NCBI GenBank assembly: GCA_030390025.1
Contig: CM059432.1
Coordinates: forward strand, 60,762,001-60,826,000
DNA from: Squalus acanthias
Taxonomy: Eukaryota
Length of the DNA: 64,000 nucleotides
Reading direction: 5' to 3'
In this document: positions 50,601 to 60,082 of the stretch, one piece after another
How the letters are laid out: each line of letters opens with the position of its first letter
Numbering within the stretch: position 1 is the first letter of the stretch
Made by a program: the position numbers and the translations under genes
Notes under the pieces: generated by a model
Seen by the model: only the letters and a program-made list of their open reading frames with translations
What the model was told of the DNA's origin: nothing
The model's database searches: none

Positions 50601-52665
50601 CTATGCGGTTTTTCGCTGTGGCCCGTCGGAACTGTTGATCGACGATCCAAGGCGGCCTTCGAAATACACGACAGCGCAAAATCATAGAGCAGAAACTGAT
50701 AGCCAAGTTCCGCACTCATGAGGAGGGCCTCAATCGCGATATCGGGTTCATGTCACGATACAGAACGTGGCTTGACATCATGGCAGGTCTTCCCAGGTGT
50801 TTTTTTTAAAAAAAGGCTAACACAAGAACCTACACAGATTGACAGGATATGCAGCCAGCAGGTGGTTTGACACGTTGGACCCCCTGGAACACATCTCATT
50901 GTCTTGGCTATGCTCTTTGATGTGGGAAAGATTTGAATATATTTTGTCTGTGTTTAAATTGTGAATTCTGGGAGATTCTCTCACTGCTAAACTTACCTGA
51001 CGAAGGAGCGAACTGCTCCGAAAGCTTGTAAAATTAAATAAATCTGTTGGACTATAACCTGGTGTTGTGCGACTTCTCATTTTTGTCCACCCCAGTCCAA
51101 CGCCGGCATCTCCACATCATGACCTTTATTGAAGATGCCAGACAAAGGTCAAATGCTTTCCTTCACGAAGGCAGGGGGGAAAAGTGATAATGAAAGCGAC
51201 TTCTTGTCCTTGGATGATTTCTATCTGCATTCCCCTCTCCCACCTCCATTGGATTACTTGCCCTCCTTTCTTCCCTCAGCCAGCCCAAAATTGGGTCTTG
51301 GATCTCATTTCAATAATTTAGCTGACGTGTCTCCAGAGGCAGCTCACCTCGGACCAGACCCCTCTGGGAAGCAGCCCCATTTAAACCCACCCTATGCCTA
51401 CAGTCCTTTAGTTAATTTATGATGCATCTCACAATGTCACCCTTGACACCATTAACTTAATTTTAGCACAAAGTGCTTTGTGGCACTTTATTGGAACCTT
51501 TTTCAAAATCTAAGTAGTTGACATCTCCCTGATCTATCTTTCGATTGACTTCTTCAAAAAACTGGATCAGGTTTATGGAACATGACCTCCCATTTTTTGA
51601 AGCCAGATTGAGTATCTCTTACCAATCCCGGGCGTTCTAGGTGACTATTAATAGTATCCCTAATGATGCTTTCCATTAATTTCCCTACTACTGAGGTTAA
51701 ACTCACTGGTCTTTCCATCGAGTTTATAGTCCCATTCTTCCCAAAATGTCACTAAAATGAATGAAAGGTAAATCGTCGACAGTGCACCCATAACCTGATT
51801 GTGGACTCAGTGGGAGAGGCTCCCTGCTGGTGCGGACAGATGTAAGATCACCCCATATATGCACCTGTTCTTGGCTTCGCTTCCCATATTTATTCTCCCT
51901 CCCGCAAACAGAAATTAACATGTTACTATTACAATAAGCAGCATCTAAATTTCATATAAAACTATTAACTACCCTTTGTGCCTGATCTCATGAGCTAATG
52001 AACTTATCAGAGTGTTTACACTGGAAAGCAAAGACGATTAAAACATGAACAGCATTGAAGGGTTAACTGTAAAATTGATATTCCTGTAGACAGCATTTGT
52101 TACAGAATAGCCATAACGACTCCTCAAGCAATGCCAGAATCCAAGCTTTGTTTTTTAAATAAAGCAACATGAAAATCTGCTGCTCTATTACCAAAATTGT
52201 GTAAGAAATGTAAGCAAATGTAGAGTATTGTAATGCTCTTTAAATAAATAATCTAATACAAATAACGGGATCGACGGATCTATTCTGATTTCTCAGTGTA
52301 TTTGCATGGATCTAATTATGGTGCTTTTCTTTAACAGATTCACTTGTCAAGGATCAAACTTCCTTTTGTCATCAAGAGTCAGCCATCCTACCAAATTTGT
52401 CCAAAGGCATCCTCCAGTGCGGTACCGGGTGGAGGAAGAAACACTGGTGCAAGGACCCTTGCAGATATCAAGGCCAGAGCACAGCAGGCTAGAGCTCAGA
52501 GGGAGGCAGCAGCAGCAGCAGCAGCAGCTGGCGCAGTGGGAGACGGCGGGATCGGCAATACAGGATCAACTGGAGGACAGACCAGAACATTGGCAGATAT
52601 TAAAGCACAAACAAAGGCAAAGTTACTTGCGAAACATCAGGCAAGAACACAATTACTGCAATTAG
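35590..52665 (+). CDS. Overlapping +1 transframe (TF) ORF, spliced 35590-35663 + 52338-52665, 133 codons, ending EHNYCN*
   Basis: Translated by hand with no stop: [51 protein letters not shown]...QQQQQQQ...[17 protein letters not shown] is at 52645-52656 and TAG at 52663-52665. Confidence 0.75.
36975..39820 (+). mobile_element. CR1 LINE ORF2 (36975-37237 and 38199-39820), split by a composite insertion
   Basis: LNKYFVSVFT, DKSPGPDGLHPRVLKE, YLDFQKAFD, KFADDTK and a 3' tail. GGGGAACT and AAAGACAATCAC rejoin across the insert. Confidence 0.88.
37238..38198 (+). mobile_element. Composite insert: Harbinger-type end fragment (to 37599) fused to a CR1 3' end (37600-38195)
   Basis: AAAATCCAGCCC terminus followed directly by CR1 IEYKSVE...; AACT on both flanks. 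Confidence 0.7.
40261..42004 (-). mobile_element. Non-autonomous Harbinger element with a Myb/SANT-like exon (copy C)
   Basis: Termini GGGCTGGATTTT...AAAATCACGGCC, with TGT/TAT flanks. ORF 41363-41941 contains RLQCRKRFNDF. Confidence 0.82.
43699..43885. mobile_element. Short palindromic MITE
   Basis: Inverted ends TAATTTTCATCTTCATTGCT / AGCAGTGAAGATGAAAATTA and internal CATTATAGAACT / AGTTCTATAATG. Confidence 0.7.
46354..49361 (+). mobile_element. CR1 LINE ORF2 (endonuclease and RT), same subfamily as 27688-33113, opposite orientation
   Basis: AITETWL, YRPP, DKSPG, YMDFQKVFDKVPH and KFADDTK. The translations are nearly the same as those of the minus-strand copy. Confidence 0.93.
49614..51123 (-). 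mobile_element. Penelope-like retroelement (GIY-YIG endonuclease 3' part) with inverted pseudo-LTRs and a 14-bp TSD
   Basis: ORF 49885-50715 has NVVYLIRC...YIGET...LRQRMNGH...EQKLI...GLN. Inverted arms 49614-50048 and 50646-51080. CTTTATTGAAGATG occurs at 49603-49616 and 51124-51137. Confidence 0.93.
50995..51030 (+). ncRNA. Minimal hammerhead-ribozyme-like motif in the Penelope pLTR (inverted copy at about 49664-49699)
   Basis: CUGACGA-A-GGAGC(GAACU)GCUCC-GAAA-GCUU: conserved core boxes, stem II and a palindromic AAGCUU in the stem III region. Confidence 0.65.
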
Positions 52666-55600
52666 ATGATCAGCCCTCTTGTAAACAAGGCAGGGCTGCA
52701 GTAGGAGATGTGCAGGATACCAGTGTTTCAAAGAGTGAAGAGACTGTTAAAGCAGATCATATCCCTTACCTAAATACCTTCATAACGTGCCGTACTGAAA
52801 GTGCCCCCATGCTAAAAGTTGATGATAATGTCACTGTGTCAGATTACACCACCAATAGTGCTATGCCTTACTCTCCTGATAATGCTGCAGTGGCAAACTC
52901 TGCTCACAGTAGCACAGCACCCAGCTGTGTTGATAATGCTGCAATACTACACTGCACTGACAATATTGCAGTGCCAAGCTCTGTTAGTTTTGTTATGTCC
53001 ACCTCTACTAACAATATTACTGTGCCCAGCTCTAGCGTCGAGGAACAGCATCCTCACAATATCACTAAAGAGAAGTGTGCTAACAGTACTGGCATGTCAA
53101 GGTGTGCTGACAGGAATTCCATATCAAGCAGTGCTGCCAATAACACAATGCCAAGTTGCACTAATGAAATTACTGTACCAAGTTCTAATGATTTTGGTAA
53201 TAATACAGTCTCTCCATGTTCTGCAGACATTGTTTCCAAAACTCATACTGCACATAATACATCCATGCAATGCTGGCCTGAGAGTATTGTCCTGGCAGGG
53301 TATTGCACCAGAACCAGCTCTTCTGATAACATTTCTACTCCAAACTCTGGTAATGACATTACCATTCTAAGCAGTAATGAAAATGAAGCTGATAGCTATG
53401 ATGATGCCTTTGGGCATCACTCTACTGATAACACCACTTTGCCCAGCTGTGTTGCCAGTACAGACATTTTGAGTTTCGATAATACTGTTGTTTTGAATTC
53501 TGCCAGCAATATCAACATGCCAACCAACTTCAGTGTTACAACCATCCCAAATTCTGCAGACCTGTCACTAGATCTGGGCTCTGCTACAGTAAATGAGATA
53601 AAAATTGGTGCTGCAAGTGCCCAGCTGTTGAGCTCTTTGAAACCTCTTATCAGTACTGAAGGACCCTCTAATCCTCATGTGGGTTACACTGTGGCTGATT
53701 CACATACAATGCTAGGAACTTACTTTTCAAATTTTGGTATGAACTCCCAGGCGGAAATGGTTAAAACAGAAAATGCCTTGAACCATAAAGTGCATTCTCA
53801 GGAATTTGTCAGTAACTGGGCTGAACCAGACAGTGATAATCGATTACAAAACAGTGGCAGAAGCAGTGATTCTCAGGTACTAGCAGAACAAGAGAATGCC
53901 AGTCTACTGCTACCCTCTAAAGACTCACAAGAACCTACACTCCGACATGAAACAACAGACACTGCTGGTCTACAGTTTGAACTTACTGACCCGCAGCATC
54001 ATTGTTTTACAGTTAAAAACTCAACAGATTTGGAAGGAATGGTTAGTAATAACCAGGACCAAAATGTCTCAAACCAAAGTAAATCAAGTTATCATGTTGG
54101 TGAAGAAACGCAAAGTATCAGTGAGCTAGTGAGCTACAGTAGCGAAAGCCACAGCTTGAATAACCATAAAGAGTATGATGATGGTACAGTGAAGAGTGAC
54201 AAATTGGACACTTATACAAACCCTGAAGAATCCACAGACACAAAAGAAAGAAAATTGGAGTCTCTTAGCATTTCTGCCGAGGAGAAAGCTGACCAGTCCA
54301 GACAAAAGGAAAAATACTTGTCCAATGCACATGGCTCTGAAACTAAACAAGGAGAGTATCAGGAAAAGCGTGATGCTACAGAAAATGCAATTCACCCTCA
54401 AATCATTCCAGTAGTGGGCAATTTCCAAACAAAAACCGCTAAAACACCTTTTGGTACAAACCAGTCTGAGACCTTCACATTAGCAGCTGTGGAAAACCAA
54501 GAAAAAGTTCCTGCTCCGGGAAGCGCTAATCGTCATCTTTCATCAGTCGAAGCCAATAACCCTCTTGTGACACAGTTGCTGCAAGGCAACTTGCCTTTGG
54601 AGAAAGTGCTGCCTCAGCTTCGGTCAGGTGCCAGGCTTGAAATCAATAGGCTTCCTTTGCCCTCTCGCGGTTCTGTTGAATCCAAAGTGACTGCTGCTGA
54701 TAAAGATGTCGCCATTAACATTCCTCAGGCCTCGAAGGGGCATACTTGGGGAACAGTATGGCAGATTCAGTGCAAAACTCGTGACATGCAAGTAAGCAAG
54801 AGGCAGGCTAAGTCAATAGGGGAACAGTCACAAAGTAGGTTTAAGCAAGCAAAGCAGTTCACTGCCGTAGGAGTAAAAATGTGGGCACAGACTCCACTCG
54901 ACATAGATCAGATCAATCAGGGGAACGGCAGACATTATTTAAACAGGAGTGGATAAACAAGACTTTCATTCAGCACAAAGTCGCTGAAAGTCCAGAGTTT
55001 AAAGAGCACAAGAGACCTTTGCCTGCATGTAGTTTTGAGCAGAATCTGTTGACCAGCAGTGACAGCTTGACTGTTGCAGCCCCTATCTCACAGAGACAGC
55101 ACACTCACCAAAAGTCTGTTACTTTGAGAGGATTGGCTGAAGCAGAAGCCTCACTGCAAGCTGCCTCACTGCAAGCTACCCCACCAGCCACACTGGACTA
55201 TGCCACTCCAAATGCATTAACATTCAACCGACATCTAGAGGGAAGCAGCCCAGCATTTAACTCGACAGCACAAGTGGATACATCAGCGGACACAGATCAG
55301 GAAAGCACAGAAACTGTTTTTTCAAACAGTCTTAAAATTAAGCAAACTGATACCAGCTGCAGAGCAACACAAACTGTCCAGAATAAATCTGTAAAACATC
55401 TTGCTTCACTAAGTGAACGCGAAGTGCCTCCTGATCAAAACCGAGGATCAGTTACTATGGAAACCAATAAAAGAATGAGTTTGCTTGCTACAACTGACAG
55501 CTGTAGTAGTATTAAAATGGAGCAGTTTTCTGTTGATGATGGCCTAAACCATAGCTGTGCAGTGGATCTCAAAGATATTTCAAGTGTTCATTATGAAACA

Positions 55601-56050
55601 AAAGAACAGGTAAAGGATTTTGGACCAACAATGGATGTCTTTTTAGGTAAAATAGTAAATGAATCTGACTTTTCTTCTCATCTGCCCTCTGAGTCTAGTA
55701 AACCAGCTTCGCAGCTTGCTACTCAGAAACTTCTACAGCAGCAGCAACTCTATGGAAATTATTCCACTTTACATTTCAGTGGCACTAATTTGAAACGAGC
55801 CGCTTCTGTTATTGAACAGTCCATTGGTAGTTTTTTGGGAAGTGGTGGAAACAGCGCTATTACTTTGTCTAACCAGAACACTTCCATTCCAGCTCATAAA
55901 TTTTCTGACAATAGTGGTGGTGAAGAACTAGAGTTGAAATGCTCTTGCAGGCTTAAAGCCATGATTATGTGTAAAGGATGTGGAGCTTTCTGCCACGATG
56001 ACTGCATAGGGCCTTCAAAATTATGTGTAGCCTGCTTAGTAGTACGATAG
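52338..56050 (+). CDS. ASXL3: ASXL3 last coding exon (ASXM1, ASXM2, C-terminal PHD finger), with one frame break at about 54845-54956
   Basis: Acceptor ttaacAG|ATTCAC, then [40 protein letters not shown], the second [21 protein letters not shown] typical of ASXL3, and [27 protein letters not shown] second frame (54881-56050) carries FKQEWINK and [41 protein letters not shown]. Confidence 0.95.
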
Positions 56051-56642
56051 AGGATGCCTCACCAAAAGGATTATTTCCACTTGATGCATAGTACAGGAAT
56101 AGGAAGGTTTTATCAATACTTGATTATGCTAAAGAATCTTGAAGGGTGTCATGTTAACCCTTTGAGAACTGTGCTACTGTATGTCACCAAATTCCAAGAT
56201 TACAGTGTTTACTCCAATAACACTCCGGATTAATAAATATAACGCAGTTCCCTATGTTTACCAAATTCTACTTTTGAAGAGTTAGCATTAGATGTTTATA
56301 GATAATTGCAGTATGTTGGTATGTCAAGCACCTCTCGGTGAATTGGTAGGGGAAGAGGGTTGTGCTAGCAATTCCACACAGTATGGTCCCAGGAAGGCGA
56401 GCAGGCGAGCCACCCTCACTTCCTAGCAACAGGTTATAGGGCATTACTGGCAGAGCCAGGAGAGCAAGTGGTCTGTCTGCTTTCTCAGCGAGATGGCAAT
56501 TGAACAATTTAGAGAGAGCAACCCAAAAACAACACGAAATGGAGAGCAAAAAAAATTATAAGAAGTCTTTTATTCTAGATATGATATAATGCAAAATACT
56601 TTACTTTGAAAGGGTATTCTGCTTTTTCTTGGGTTCTTAGAT

Positions 56643-57408
56643 TAGGGTGACCATATGTCTCCATTTTCCAGGGACAGTCCCCAGATGAGGGACTGTGTTC
56701 CCAGGCAAACAACGTCCCTGGAAGAGTCCCCAGTTCAGGAAACTCGTCCCCGAATACACATTAGGTTCAAATTAGGAGCCACGTGACCCTGAGCTGCCCT
56801 GCGGTCGGTTAATAAAGTGTGCGGGGCTGTGCGGCGGAGCGGGTTCCGATTGGTGGGAGGGATGTCAATCTCCTGTTTTCAGCCAGTAGAAGGAGTGGAC
56901 TCAGTGAGGGACTTTAATTTATGCAGAGATCACGCTCTGTGGCCACAGTACGCATGCTCTGCGCCCCCACCCCCACTCCCGAACCCCCAACTCCGCCCAC
57001 CAAATGCCCGGATAGTCCTATAAAATTCGGTTGAAGAGAAATCGGCCCCGGAGCCAAACGAGTAATGGGGGGCCGCTGGTAACCGGACTAATGAGCGGCG
57101 GCTGGAGCGGGTCATGTGGATGACCCGAGAGCCGGATCAGAGCACACTCCGGAGCCTCGGATGGTGTGGGTGAGTGTCGGGCTGTGCGGAGGGGTAGGAG
57201 CCGGTGATTGCAGCCGGCAGAAGCTGTGAACTTCGGCTGAATTATTCAGGCGGAAAGTTCTGCCGTTGCTTTTTGCAGATACAATTTGCATCAAAATAAC
57301 AAAAAAAATTCCTCGCTACGCTGCACAACCTACAGTTTCGGTCCTGGCTACTTTGCTGTGCTCCCACCCTGTGTCCTCGGATTCGGTTTAGAAAATATGG
57401 TCACCCTA
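56643..57408. mobile_element. hAT (Blackjack-like) non-autonomous element in the 3' UTR
   Basis: TIR TAGGGTGACCATAT / ATATGGTCACCCTA; 8-bp TSD TCTTAGAT / TATTAGAT (7 of 8 match). Confidence 0.88.
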
Positions 57409-58729
57409 TATTAGATACTTTGCAAATAGTTCTTTAAGACACATTTTAATCATTTATAGATTGGTATATATAATTTTTTTAAACTTTTTTTGTAGGATTG
57501 GAGAGAATCCTACCAGAGAATTTCAAAATCCTACAGGGTTTTTTTTTTGCAAAGGTCTATCATTATTTTTTATTGCTTAGAAGCAGACTAATCAACAATT
57601 ATGTTAATTATGTGCCATAATAATGAATGCACAACCTTTGCATACTCCAGGTGCTGAAACACTAAAGCCAGCTAAAACAGAGAAACTATATAAGCTATAT
57701 AAAAGGAAAGCATGGTTAAATCTTAGCACTATTTTTTAAGTTTTATAACAGTAGATTTTATAGTCTTGTAATGAATTCTGCACCAGGATCTTGAAAGTTA
57801 GCACATCTGGACTGAGACACAATGTGAATTTGTTTAGATGTATTGTTTTTCTGTGTAGTTTTGTCACTACAATAGAATTACTTCTCTCTCTGAGTCTTCA
57901 TCAGTGTTGGGAATTTTTATCCTTTTAAAAGCACTGATATTTTACACAAGCTGCTTCTGGGGCTGGTTTAGCCCCAAATTGTATCACTGTACTGTAATTA
58001 TTCTGGCAATGTTAGATAAAACAGGGAATGATATTGTTACAGTGCATGAATGTTACAACCAAATGAGTGTAGTGGTATAAATCTTGTTTGATTAGGCACA
58101 TCATTCAAGTATTACACATATAAATGGGGGAAAAATTTAATTGTAGAAGTGGATAAAAAGCAGCATCTACACTATTTTTAGAGGAATAGAGTAGTCTGCT
58201 TTTATTTAAAATATTATACCTATTAACTTTGCCCATCCATATTTGTTATCTTTTTGATTCACCTTCAGCATGTGATAGCACTTTGTAAGAGTAAGCAGTG
58301 AACGCAACAAATGTAGAATTGATTAAATTGGTAGTTTGCGGTATACATATTAGTTAATGCAATATGGTCAGATTTCGCAAATGTTTTGATCTTGTGTAAA
58401 CAAGTCCATGTGTTGCACAGGAACACAGGGGTGTGAAACAAGATCTCACAGGAAATTGGTGCTGCTGGTCTAGTTTGCTAGTATTTGTACAAGCACTGGA
58501 AGCTTGGAACTGAATAGATTACCAGTGCGCACATTACTTATAATTTCCAGGATCTTTATAGTAGCGTAACAGTGCACTTCTCATCTGATATGATAGCACC
58601 TTATTTGCTGCTATCACAAACCATCTTGAAAGAAATAACCTTTCATTATTAGGAATTTTCAAAGGCTATTGAGAATTTGTAGAAAGACTGCAGTGCTATA
58701 TTACGAACATAGGTTCTGGGTTTTTTTTT

Positions 58730-59117
58730 TATCCCTTTTCTCCCCCCCTCCCCAGAATGGAGTAACTCATAACTGGATTATGACTTCACGACACTGACAG
58801 TTCTCCAACTGCCCAATCTTCATGGGTGAACCTGGACTGTGAATGCCAGCATGGAGTGTGGGGTCACAACAAAGTCTATTTCTGATCTCATCCAATTATC
58901 CACACACATACTTTCCAGCAGAGGTTACTAGATAGAAGTCAGGAGCAGAAACCCAAGTTAATGTTCCCCCCTCCAGCTCAGGGCACTGAGGCCAAATCTA
59001 GTGCTTCGACTGCCACCCTTACTGACATCAGTTAACAGGACACAGATCAGGAATCAAGCTTAGCACCTTCATGGTCTGTGTGACTCAGCACTTATCAACT
59101 GATCTGTCAGGAGAGCT
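58730..59117 (-). mobile_element. Old tRNA-derived SINE-like repeat
   Basis: T-tract at the left end. The reverse complement starts GCTCTCCTGACAGATCAGTTG...CAGACCATGAAGGTGCTAAGCTTGATTCC (degenerate A and B boxes). Confidence 0.45.
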
Positions 59118-60076
59118 CAAGAGTTCAGTAGTTTCATAGTTCCAGTATATTTTTATTGACAGTATGCAAGTTATAAAAACTTAAACTGAGTACAAAACTT
59201 CAATCATATAGCAGGCCAATCTAGTATACCTAGAGTGAGTGGAGTCAGTACATTAGTACAGTAGTTTAATACATCAATGTCCCAATCCAGTTACAGGAGT
59301 CTCCCTTGTACCATGCATCCAGGAAAGGCAAGAGGAAATGCACCAAAGACAGTTTAATCTTTTCTCATCAGGTAGAATGCATTTTTTATGAACACCAATT
59401 ACATACCCAAGAAGTAAGCTACTCAAGATTGGTGTCATCTCTGTTCACATGAGGCCATCCTTTATATGCTTTTTCAGCTGGATAATATTTGCTTACATGC
59501 CACTATTAATGCTAACAATGGTATCTGGATCTGCTGGTCAAGACTAAAAGGTGCTGCAGGGCCTCTCAAAATTGAAAGAACTAAATGAATTAACATGCAC
59601 CCCCATCACCTTGACAATGCTAACATATACTACTTTGTCTTATACCATCCAATACGGTGTGCTTGGAATGTAGCAACAGTTTTCCTAAATTTAACTTATA
59701 TAACGTGAAGCCTGGCAATTGCCCATGGTATTTTGAACAGCTTTACAAATGTATCTCTGTTGCTTGTGATCAATTTTAATGCATGGGTTTGTTATCCATG
59801 GTTGCCTGAGAGATTGTGTGTATGAATGATTACCTTGTCCAAGAGTAATAAAATAGTGTCCAGATTATAATTATTACATCCATTGTGCTAGTAAGGTTCT
59901 TAGAGTCAGATAGATTTAGTTCCTCAAATGCCCCTAGCAAAAGATCAACACCAATTATCCTCAGGACTGTGTCTCTCTTGTAAAAGAAAGAAAGTACTGT
60001 AAAATGGGTTTTTAATGTGGATTTGTTTTTATGTTTTTCATCTTTTGGTGCAAAAAAAATCCATGGCTAAAATTTT

Positions 60077-60082
60077 AATAAA
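60077..60082 (+). terminator. Candidate polyadenylation signal AATAAA
   Basis: AATAAA preceded by a U/GU-rich tract (about 60005-60050). Other AATAAA hexamers occur in the UTR, so this one is not unique. Confidence 0.45.

Noticed and set aside
52819..53370. 183-aa +1 ORF downstream of TF
   Set aside because: Separated from TF by stops, has no motif or entry signal, and is a likely shadow of the repetitive Ser/Thr/Asn codons.
54870..54882. Programmed -1 frameshift at GTA AAA ATG
   Set aside because: No in-phase X_XXY_YYZ heptamer, and orthologues I know encode this region in one frame; a sequencing error is simpler.
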